From: Eledone cirrhosa
Lineage: Eukaryota
Assembly (NCBI GenBank): GCA_964016885.1
Contig: OZ024743.1
Coordinates: 209,002,001 to 209,066,000, forward strand
Direction of reading: 5' to 3'
Length of the DNA: 64,000 nucleotides
Shown here: in pieces, positions 46,056 through 59,249 of the stretch
How the letters are laid out: every line of letters begins with the position of its first letter
Numbering within the stretch: the first letter of the stretch is position 1
Made by a program: the position numbers and the translations under genes
The notes under the pieces: model-generated
The model's database searches: none
What the model was told of the DNA's origin: nothing
Seen by the model: the letters and a program-made list of their open reading frames with translations, nothing else

Positions 46056-48931
46056 CACATAAGAGCTCTTCACTCTATAAGATATAGCACAGTTTACCAT
46101 CCTATAGCCACACATGGAAGCTCTTCACTCCATAAGATATACCACAGTTTACAATCCGATAGCCACACATGAAAGCTCTTCACTCCATAAGATATACCAC
46201 AGTTTACCATCCTATAGCCAGATGAAAGTTCTTCACTCCATAAGATATACCACAGTTTACCATCCTATAGTCACACATGAAAGTTCTTCACTCCATAAGA
46301 TATACCACAGTTTACCATCATATAGCCAGATGAAAGCTCTTCACTACATAAGATATACCACAGTTTACCATCCTATAGCCACAGATGAAAGCTCTTCACT
46401 CCATAAGATATACCACAGTTTACCATCCTATAGCCACAGATGAAAGCTCTTCACTCCATAAGATATACCACAGTTTACCATCCTATAGCCACAGATGAAA
46501 GCTGTTCACTCCATAAGATATACCACAGTTTACCATCCTATAGCCACAGATGAAAGCTCTTCACTCCATAAGATATACCACAGTTTACCATCCTATAGCC
46601 ACAGATGAAAGCTCTTCACTCCATAAGATATACCACAGTTTACCATCCTATAGCCACAGATGAAAGCTGTTCACTCCATAAGATATACCACAGTTTACCA
46701 TCCTATAGCCACACATGAGAGCTTTTCACACTATAAGATATACCATAGTTTACCATCCTATAGCCACACATGGAAGCTCTTCACTCCATAAGATATACCA
46801 CAGTTTACCATCCGATAGCCACACATGAAAGCTCTTCACTCCATAAGATATACCACAGTTTACCATCCTATAGCCAGATGAAAGTTCTTCACTCCATAAG
46901 ATATACCACAGTATACCATCCTATAGCCACACATGAAAGCTCTTCACTCCATAAGATATACCACAGTTTACCATCCTATAGCCACACATGAGAGCTCTTC
47001 ACACCATAAGATATACCACGGTTTACCATCCTATAGCCACACATGAGAGCTCTTCACTCTATAAGATATACCACAGTATACCATCCTAAAGCCACACATG
47101 AAAGCTTTTCACTCCATAAGATATACCACAGTTTACCATCTTATAGCCACACATGAAAGCTCTTCACTCCATAAGATATACCACAGTTTACCATCCTATA
47201 GCCACAGATGAAAGCTCTTCACTCCATAAGATATACCACAGTTTACCATCCGATAGCCACACATGAAAGCTCTTCACTCCATAAGATATACCACAGTTTA
47301 CCATCCGATAGCCAGATGAAAGTTCTTCACTGCATAAGATATACCACAGTTTACCATCCTATAGCCACACATGAAAGCTCTTCACTCCATAAGATATATC
47401 ACAGTTTTCCATCCTATAGCCACAGATGAAATCTCTTCACTCCATAAGATATACCACAGTTTACCATCCTATAGCCACACATGAGAGCTCTTCACTCCAT
47501 AAGATATACCACAGTTTACCATCCTATAGCCACACATGAAAGCTCTTCACTCCATAAGATATACCACAGTTTACCATCCTATAGCCAGATGAAAGCTTTT
47601 CACTCCATAAGATATACGACAGTTTACCATCCTATAGCCACACATGAAAGCTCTTCACTCCATAAGATATACCACAGTTTACCATCCTATAGCCAGATGA
47701 AAGTTCTTCACTCCATAAGATATACCACAGTTTACCATCCTATAGCCACACATGAAAGCTCTTCACTCCATAAGATATATCACAGTTTACCATCCTATAG
47801 CCACAGATGAAAGCTCTTCACTCCATAAGATATACCACAGTTTACCATCCTATAGCCAGATGAAAGCTCTTCACTCCATAAGATATACCACAGTTTACCA
47901 TCCTATAGCCATACATGAAAGCTCTTCACTCCATAAGATATACCACAGTTTACCATCCTATAGCCACACATGAGAGCTCTTCACACCATAAGATATACCA
48001 CAGTTTACCATCTTATAGCCACACATGAAAGCTCTTCACTCCATAAGATATACCACAGTTTACCATCTTATAGCCACACATGAGAGCTCTTCACTCCATA
48101 AGATATACCACAGTTTACCATCCTATAGCCACACATGGAAGCTCTTCACTACATAAGATATACCACAGTTGACCATCATATAGCCACACATGAAAGCTCT
48201 TCACTCCATAAGATATACCACAGTTTACCATCCTATAGCCATAGATGAAAGCTCTTCACTCCATAAGATATACGACAGTTTACCATCCGATAGCCAGATG
48301 AAAGCTCTTAAATCCATAAGATATACCACAGCTTACCATCCTATAGCCAGATGAAAGCTTTTCACTCCATAAGATATACCACAGTTTACCCTCCGATAGC
48401 CACACATGAAAGCTCTTCACTCCATAAGATATACCACAGTTTACCATCCTGTAGCCACACATGAAAGCTCTTCACTCCATAACATATACCACAGTTTACC
48501 ATCCTATGGCCACAGATGAAAGCTCTTCACTCCATAAGATATACCACAGTTTACCATCATAGAGCCAGATGAAAGCTCTTCACTACATAAGATATACCAC
48601 AGTTTACCATCCTATAGCCACAGATGAAAGCTCTTCACTCCATAAGATATACCACAGTTTACCATCCTATAGCCACAGATGAAAGCTGTTCACTCCATAA
48701 GATATACCACAGTTTACCATCCTATAGCCACACATAAGAGCTCTTCACTCTATAAGATATAGCACAGTTTACCATCCTATAGCCACACATGGAAGCTCTT
48801 CACTCCATAAGATATACCACAGTTTACAATCCGATAGCCACACATGAAAGCTCTTCACTCCATAAGATATACCACAGTTTACCATCCTATAGCCAGATGA
48901 AAGTTCTTCACTCCATAAGATATACCACAGT
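43560..48931 (+). repeat. Near-identical tandem duplication of 2,675 bp, overlapping the 3,708-bp duplication
   Basis: ORFs 44095/46770, 44533/47208, 44806/47481, 45605/48280 and 46114/48789 are all +2675; TATAGTCACACATGAAAGTT at 43591/46266. Confidence 0.92.
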
Positions 48932-51900
48932 ATACCATCCTATAGCCACACATGAAAGCTCTTCACTCCATAAGATATACCACAGTTTACCATCCTATAG
49001 CCACAGATGAAAGCTCTTCACTCCATAAGATATACCACAGTTTACCATCCTATAGCCACGCATGAAAGCTCTTCACTCCATAAGATATACCACAGTTTAC
49101 CATCCTATTGCCACAGATGAAAGCTCTTCACTCCATAACATATACCACAGTTGACCATCCTATAGCCACACATGAGAGCCCTTCACTCCATAAGATATAC
49201 CACAGTTTACCATCCTATAGCCACACGTGAAAGCTCTTCACTCCATAAGATATACCACAGTTTACCATCCTATAGCCAGATGAAAGCTTTTCACTCCATA
49301 AGATATACCACAGTTTACCATCCTATAGCCACACATGAAAGCTCTTCACTCCATAAGATATACCACAGTTTACCATCTTATAGCCACACATGAAAGCTCT
49401 TCACTCCATAAGATATACCACAGTTTACCATCCTATAGCCACACATGAAAGCTCCTCACTCCATGAGGTATACCACAGTTTACCATCCTATAGCCACAGA
49501 TGAAAACTCTTCACTCCATAAGATATACCACAGTTTACCATCCTATGGCCAGAGATGAAAGCTCTTCATTCCATAAGATATACCACAGTTTACCATCCTA
49601 TAGCCACACATGAAAGCTCTTCACTCCATAAGATATACCACAGTTTACCATCATATAGCCACAGATGAAATCTCTTCACTCCATAAGATATAACACAGTT
49701 TACCATCCTATGGCCAGAGATGAATGCTCTTCACTCCATAATATATACCACAGTTTACCATCCTATAGCCACACATGAAAGCTGTTCACTCCATAATATA
49801 TACCACAGTTTACCATCCTATAGCCACACATGAAAGCTCTTCACTCCATAAGATATACCACAGTTTACCATCCTATAGCCACACATGGAAGCTCTTCACT
49901 CCATAAGATATACCACAGTTTACCATCATATAGCCACACATGAAAGCTCTTCACTCCATAAGATATACCACAGTTTACCATCCTATAGCCACAGATGAAA
50001 GCTCTTCACTCCATAAGATATACCACAGTTTACCATCCTATAGCCAGATGAAAGCTTTTCACTCCATAATATATACCACAGTTTACCATCCTATGCCCAC
50101 AGATGAAAGCTCTTCACTCCATAAGATATACCACAGTTTACCATCCTATAGCCACACATGAAAGCTCTTCACTCCATAAGATATACCACAGTTTACCATC
50201 CTATGGCCACAGATGAAAGCTCTTCACTCCATAAGATATACCACAGTTTACCAGCCTATGGCCACAGATGAAAGCTCTTCACTCCATAAGATATACCACA
50301 GTTTACCATCCTATAGTCACATATGAAAGCTCTTCACTCCATAAGATATACCACAGTTTACCATCATAGAGCCAGATGAAAGCTCTTCACTACATAAGAT
50401 ATACCACAGTTTACCATCCTATAGCCACAGATGAAAGCTCTTCACTCCATAAGATATACCACAGTTTACCATCGTATAGCCACACATGAGAGCTCTTCAT
50501 TCTATAAGATATACCACACTTTACCATCCTATAGCCAGATGAAAGTTCTTCACTCCATAAGATATACCACAGTATACCATCCTAAAGCCACACATGAAAG
50601 CTTTTAACTCCATAAGATATACCACAGTTTACCATCTTATAGCCACACATGAAAGCTCTTCACTCCATAAGATATACCACAGTTTACCATCCGATAGCCA
50701 CATATGAAAGCTCTTCACTCCATAAGATATACCACAGTTTACCATCCTATAGCCAGATGAAAGTTCTTCACTGCATAAGATATACCACAGTTTACCATCC
50801 TATAGCCACACATGAAAGCACTTCACTCCATAAGATATATCACAGTTTACCATCCTATAGCCACAGATGAAATCTCTTCACTCCATAAGATATACCACAG
50901 TTGACCATCCTATAGCCAGATGAAAGTTCTTCACTCCATAAGATATACCACAGTTTACCATCCTATAGCCACACATGAGAGCTCTTCACTCCATAAGATA
51001 TACCACAGTTTACCATCCTATAGCCACACATGAAAGCTCTTCACTCCATAAGATATACCACAGTTTACCATCCTATAGCCAGATGAAAGCTTTTCGCTCC
51101 ATAAGATATACGACAGTTTACCATCCTATAGCCACACATGAAAGCTCTTCACTCCATAAGATATACCACAGTTTACCATCCTATAGCCAGATGAAAGTTC
51201 TTCACTCCATAAGATATACCACAGTTTACCATCCTATAGCCACACATGAAAGCTCTTCACTCCATAAGATATATCACAGTTTACCATCCTATAGCCACAG
51301 ATGAAAGCTCTTCACTCCATAAGATATACCACAGTTTACCATCCTATAGCCAGATGAAAGCTCTTCACTCCATAAGATATACCACAGTTTACCATCCTAT
51401 AGCCATACATGAAAGCTCTTCACTCCATAAGATATACCACAGTTTACCATCCTATAGCCACACATGAGAGCTCTTCACACCATAAGATATACCACAGTTT
51501 ACCATCTTATAGCCACACATGAAAGCTCTTCACTCCATAAGATATACCACAGTTTACCATCCTATAGCCACACATGAGAGCTCTTCACTCCATAAGATAT
51601 ACCACAGTTTACCATCCTATAGCCACACATGGAAGCTCTTCACTACATAAGATATACCACAGTTGACCATCATATAGCCACACATGAAAGCTCTTCACTC
51701 CATAAGATATACCACAGTTTACCATCCTATAGCCATAGATGAAAGCTCTTCACTCCATAAGATATACGACAGTTTACCATCCGATAGCCAGATGAAAGCT
51801 CTTAAATCCATAAGATATACCACAGCTTACCATCCTATAGCCAGATGAAAGCTTTTCACTCCATAAGATATACCACAGTTTACCCTCCGATAGCCACACA

Positions 51901-54680
51901 TGAAAGCTCTTCACTCCATAAGATATACCACAGTTTACCATCCTGTAGCCACACATGAAAGCTCTTCACTCCATAACATATACCACAGTTTACCATCCTA
52001 TGGCCACAGATGAAAGCTCTTCACTCCATAAGATATACCACAGTTTACCATCATAGAGCCAGATGAAAGCTCTTCACTACATAAGATATACCACAGTTTA
52101 CCATCCTATAGCCACATATGAAAGCTCTTCACTCCATAAGATATACCACAGTTTACCATCCTATAGCCACAGATGAAAGCTGTTCACTCCATAAGATATA
52201 CCACAGTTTACCATCCTATAGCCACACATGAGAGCTCTTCACTCTATAAGATATAGCACAGTTTACCATCCTATAGCCACACATGGAAGCTCTTCACTCC
52301 ATAAGATATACAACAGTTTACAATCCGATAGCCACACATGAAAGCTCTTCACTCCATAAGATATACCACAGTTTACCATCCTATAGCCAGATGAAAGTTC
52401 TTCACTCCATAAGATATACCACAGTATACCATCCTATAGCCACACATGAAAGCTCTTCACTCCATAAGATATACCACAGTTTACCATCCTATAGCCACAG
52501 ATGAAAGCTCTTCACTCCATAAGATATACCACAGTTTACCATCCTATAGCCACGCATGAAAGCTCTTCACTCCATAAGATATACCACAGTTTACCATCCT
52601 ATTGCCACAGATGAAAGCTCTTCACTCCATAACATATACCACAGTTGACCATCCTATAGCCACACATGAGAGCCCTTCACTCCATAAGATATACCACAGT
52701 TTACCATCCTATAGCCACACGTGAAAGCTCTTCACTCCATAAGATATACCACAGTTTACCATCCTATAGCCAGATGAAAGCTTTTCACTCCATAAGATAT
52801 ACCACAGTTTACCATCCTATAGCCACACATGAAAGCTCTTCACTCCATAAGATATACCACAGTTTACCATCTTATAGCCACACATGAAAGCTCTTCACTC
52901 CATAAGATATACCACAGTTTACCATCCTATAGCCACACATGAAAGCTCCTCACTCCATGTGGTATACCACAGTTTACCATCCTATAGCCACAGATGAAAA
53001 CTCTTCACTCAATAAGATATACCACAGTTTACCATCCTATGGCCAGAGATGAAAGCTCTTCACTCCATAAGATATACCACAGTTTACCATCCTATAGCCA
53101 CACATGAAAGCTCTTCACTCCATAAGATATACCACAGTTTACCATCATATAGCCACAGATGAAATCTCTTCACTCCATAAGATATAACACAGTTTACCAT
53201 CCTATGGCCAGAGATGAATGCTCTTCACTCCATAATATATACCACAGTTTACCATCCTATAGCCACACATGAAAGCTGTTCACTCCATAATATATACCAC
53301 AGTTTACCATCCTATAGCCACACATGAAAGCTCTTCACTCCATAAGATATACCACAGTTTACCATCCTATAGCCACACATGGAAGCTCTTCACTCCATAA
53401 GATATACCACAGTTGACCATCATATAGCCACACATGAAAGCTCTTCACTCCATAAGATATACCACAGTTTACCATCGTATAGCCACACATGGAAGCTCTT
53501 CACTCCATAAGATATACCACAGTTGACCATCATATAGCCACACATGAAAGCTCTTCACTCCATAAGATATACCACAGTTTACCATCCTATAGCCTTAGAT
53601 GAAAGCTCTTCACTCCATAAGATATACGATAGTTTACCATCCTATAGCCAGATGAAAGCTCTTAAATCCATAAGATATACCACAGTTTACCATCCTATAG
53701 CCACACATGAAAGCCCTTCACTCCATAAGATATACCACAGTTTACCATCATATAGCCACACATGAAAGCTCTTCACTCCATAAGATATACCACAGTTTAC
53801 CATCCTATGCCCACAGATGAAAGCTCTTCACTCCATAAGATATACCACAGTTTACCATCCTATAGCCACACATGAAAGCTCTTCACTCCATAAGATATAC
53901 CACAGTTTACCATCCTATGGCCACAGATGAAAGCTCTTCACTCCATAAGATATACCACAGTTTACCAGCCTATGGCCACAGATGAAAGCTCTTCACTCCA
54001 TAAGATATACCACAGTTTACCATCCTATAGTCACATATGAAAGCTCTTCACTCCAAAAGATATACCACAGTTTACCATCATAGAGCCAGATGAAAGCTCT
54101 TCACTACATAAGATATACCACAGTTTACCATCCTATAGCCACAGATGAAAGCTCTTCACTCCATAAGATATACCACAGTTTACCATCGTATAGCCACACA
54201 TGAGAGCTCTTCATTCTATAAGATATACCACACTTTACCATCCTATAGCCAGATGAAAGTTCTTCACTCCATAAGATATACCACAGTATACCATCCTAAA
54301 GCCACACATGAAAGCTTTTAACTCCATAAGATATACCACAGTTTACCATCTTATAGCCACACATGAAAGCTCTTCACTCCATAAGATATACCACAGTTTA
54401 CCATTCGATAGCCACATATGAAAGCTCTTCACTCCATAAGATATACCACAGTTTACCATCCTATAGCCAGATGAAAGTTCTTCACTGCATAAGATATACC
54501 ACAGTTTACCATCCTATAGCCACACATGAAAGCACTTCACTCCATAAGATATATCACAGTTTACCATCCTATAGCCACAGATGAAATCTCTTCACTCCAT
54601 AAGATATACCACAGTTGACCATCCTATAGCCAGATGAAAGTTCTTCACTCCATAAGATATACCACAGTTTACCATCCTAT
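47430..54680 (+). repeat. Tandem duplication with offset 3,494, then 3,714 bp
   Basis: ORFs 47481/50975, 48280/51774, 48789/52283 and 49172/52666 (+3494); 50649/54363 (+3714) share the TYESS and ESTS variants. Confidence 0.88.
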
Positions 54681-57600
54681 AGCCACACATCAAAGCTCTT
54701 CACTCCATAAGATATACCACAGTTTACCATCCTATAGCCAGACATGAAAGCTCTTCACTCCATAAGATATACCACAGTTTACCATCCTATAGCCAGATGA
54801 AAGCTTTTCACTCCATAAGATATACCACAGTTTACCATCCTATAGCCACACATGAAAGCTCTTCACTCCATAAGATATACCACAGTTGACCATCATATAG
54901 CCACACATGAAAGCTCTTCACTCCATAAGATATACCACAGTTTACCATCCTATAGCCTTAGATGAGAGCTCTTCACTCCATAAGATATACGATAGTTTAC
55001 CATCCTATAGCCAGATGAAAGCTCTTAAATCCATAAGATATACCACAGTTTACCATCCTATAGCCACACATGAAAGCCCTTCACTCCATAAGATATACCA
55101 CAGTTTACCATCATATAGCCACACATGAAAGCTCTTCACTCCATAAGATATACCACAGTTTACCATCCTATAGCCACAGATGAAAGCTCTTCACTCCATA
55201 AGATATACCACAGTTTACCATCCTATAGCCAGATGAAAGCTTTTCACTCCATAATATATACCACAGTTTACCATCCTATGCCCACAGATGAAAGCTCTTC
55301 ACTCCATAAGATATACCACAGTTTACCATCCTATAGCCACACATGAAAGCTCTTCACTCCATAAGATATACCACAGTTTACCATCCTATGGCCACAGATG
55401 AAAGCTCTTCACTCCATAAGATATACCACAGTTTACCACCCTATGGCCACAGATAAAAGCTCTTCACTCCATAAGATATACCACAGTTTACCATCGTATA
55501 GCCACACATGAGAGCTCTTCACGCTATAAGATATACCACACTTTACCATCCTATAGACAGATGAAAGTTCTTCACTCCATAAGATATACCACAGTATACC
55601 ATCCTAAAGCCACACATGAAAGCTTTTTACTCCATAAGATATACCACAGTTTACCATCTTATAGCCACACATGAAAGCTCTTCACTCCATAAGATATACC
55701 ACAGTTTACCATCCTATAGCCACAGATGAAAGCTCTTCACTCCATAAGATATACCACAGTTTACCATCCGATAGCCACACATGAAAGCTCTTCACTCCAT
55801 AAGATATACCACAGTTTACCATCCTATAGCCAGATGAAAGTTCTTCACTGCATAAGATATACCACAGTTTACCATCCTATAGCCACACATGAAAGCTCTT
55901 CACTCCATAAGGTATATCACAGTTTACCATCCTATAGCCACAGATGAAATCTCTTCACTCCATAAGATATACCACAGTTTACCATCCTATAGCCACACAT
56001 GAGAGCTCTTCACTCCATAAGATATACCACAGTTTACCATCCTATAGCCACACATGAAAGCTCTTCACTCCATAAGATATACCACAGCTTACCATCCTAT
56101 AGCCAGATGAAAGCTTTTCACTCCATAAGATATACCACAGTTTACCATCCTATAGCCACACATGAAAGCTCTTCACTCCTTAAGATATATCACAGTTTAC
56201 CATCCTATAGCCACAGATGAAAGCTCTTCACTCCATAAGATATACCACAGTTTACCATCCTATAGCCATATGAAAGCTCTTCTCTCCATAAGATATACCA
56301 CAGTTTACCATCCTATAGCCACACATGAAAGCTCTTCACTCCATAAGATATACCACAGTTTACCATCCTATGGCCACACATGAGAGCTCTTCACACCATA
56401 AGATATACCACAGTTTACCATCCTATAGCCACACATGAAAGCTCTTCACTCCATAAGATATACCACAGTTTACCATCCTATAGCCAGATGAAAGCTTTTC
56501 ACTCCATAAGATATACCACAGTTTACCATCCTATAGCCACACATGAAAGCTCTTCACTCCATAAGATATACCACAGTTTACCATCCTATAGTCACACATG
56601 AAAGCTCTTCACTCCATAAGATATACCACAGTTTAACATCATATAGCCAGATGAAAGCTCTTCACTACATAAGATATACCACAGTTTACCATCCTATAGC
56701 GACAGATGAAAGCTCTTCACTCCATAAGATATACCACAGTTTACCATCCTATAGCCACAGATGAAAGCTCTTCACTCCATAAGATATACCACAGTTTACC
56801 ATCCTATAGCCACAGATGAAAGCTGTTCACTCCATAAGATATACCACAGTTTACCATCCTATAGCCACACATGAGAGCTTTTCACACTATAAGATATACC
56901 ACAGTTTACCATCCTATAGCCACACATGGAAGCTCTTCAGTCCATAAGATATACCACAGTTTACCATCCGATAGCCACACATGAAAGCTCTTCACTCCAT
57001 AAGATATACCACAGTTTACCATCCTATAGCCAGATGAAAGTTCTTCACTCCATAAGATATACCACAGTATACCATCCTATAGCCACACATGAAAGCTCTT
57101 CACTCCATAAGATATACCACAGTTTACCATCCTATAGCCACACATGAGAGCTCTTCACACCATAAGATATACCACAGTTTACCATCCTATAGCCACACAT
57201 GAGAGCTCTTCACTCTATAAGATATACCACAGTTTACCATCCTATAGCCACAGATGAAAGCTGTTCACTCCATAAGATATACCACAGTTTACCATCCTAT
57301 AGCCACACATGGAAGCTCTTCAGTCCATAAGATATACCACAGTTTACCATCCTATAGCCACACATGAAAGCTTTTCACTCCATGAGATATACCACAGTTT
57401 ACCATCTTATAGCCACACATGAAAGCTCTTCACTCCATAAGATATACCACAGTTTACCATCCTATGGCCAGAGATGAAAGCTCTTCACTCCATAAGATAT
57501 ACCACAGTTTACCATCCTATAGCCACACATGAAAGCTCTTCACTCCATAAGATATACCACAGTTTACCATCATATAGCCACAGATGAAATCTCTTCACTC

Positions 57601-59249
57601 CATAAGATATAACACAGTTTACCATCCTATGGCCAGAGATGAATGCTCTTCACTCCATAATATATACCACAGTTTACCATCCTATAGCCACACATGAAAG
57701 CTGTTCACTCCATAATATATACCACAGTTTACCATCCTATAGCCACACATGAAAGCTCTTCACTCCATAAGATATACCACAGTTTACCATCCTATAGCCA
57801 CACATGGAAGCTCTTCACTCCATAAGATATACCACAGTTGACCATCATATAGCCACACATGAAAGCTCTTCACTCCATAAGATATACCACAGTTTACCAT
57901 CCTATAGCCTTAGATGAAAGCTCTTCACTCCATAAGATATACGATAGTTTACCATCCTATAGCCAGATGAAAGCTCTTAAATCCATAAGATATACCACAG
58001 TTTACCATCCTATAGCCACACATGAAAGCCCTTCACTCCATAAGATATACCACAGTTTACCATCATATAGCCACACATGAAAGCTCTTCACTCCATAAGA
58101 TATACCACAGTTTACCATCCTATAGCCACAGATGAAAGCTCTTCACTCCATAAGATATACCACAGTTTACCATCCTATAGCCAGATGAAAGCTTTTCACT
58201 CCATAATATATACCACAGTTTACCATCCTATGCCCACAGATGAAAGCTCTTCACTCCATAAGATATACCACAGTTTACCATCCTATAGCCACACATGAAA
58301 GCTCTTCACTCCATAAGATATACCACAGTTTACCATCCTATGGCCACAGATGAAAGCTCTTCACTCCATAAGATATACCACAGTTTACCACCCTATGGCC
58401 ACAGATGACAGCTCTTCACTCCATAAGATATACCACAGTTTACCATCCTATAGTCACATATGAAAGCTCTTCACTCCATAAGATATACCACAGTTTACCA
58501 TCATAGAGCCAGATGAAAGCTCTTCACTACATAAGATATACCATAGTTTACCATCCTATAGCCACAGATGAAAGCTCTTCACTCCATAAGATATACCACA
58601 GTTTACCATCGTATAGCCACACATGAGAGCTCTTCATTCTATAAGATATACCACACTTTACCATCCTATAGCCAGATGAAAGTTCTTCACTGCATAAGAT
58701 ATACCACAGTTTACCATCCTATAGCCACACATGAAAGCTCTTCACTCCATAAGATATATCACAGTTTACCATCCTATAGCCACAGATGAAATCTCTTCAC
58801 TCCATAAGATATACCACAGTTTACCATCCTATAGCCACACGTGAGAGCTCTTCACTCCATAAGATATACCACAGTTTACCATCCTATAGCCACACATGAA
58901 AGCTCTTCACTCCATAAGATATACCACAGTTTACCATCCTATAGCCAGATGAAAGCTTTTCACTCCATAAGATATACCACAGTTGACCATCCTATAGCCA
59001 CACATGAAAGCTCTTCACTCCATAAGATATACCACAGTTTCCCATCCTATAGCCGTAGATGAAAGCTCTTCACTCCATAAGATATACGATAGTTTACCAT
59101 CCTATAGCCAGATGAAAGCTCTTAAATCCATAAGATATACCACAGTTTACCATCCTATAGCCACACATGAAAGCCCTTCACTCCATAAGATATACCACAG
59201 TTTACCATCATATAGCCACACATGAAAGCTCTTCACTCCATAAGATATA

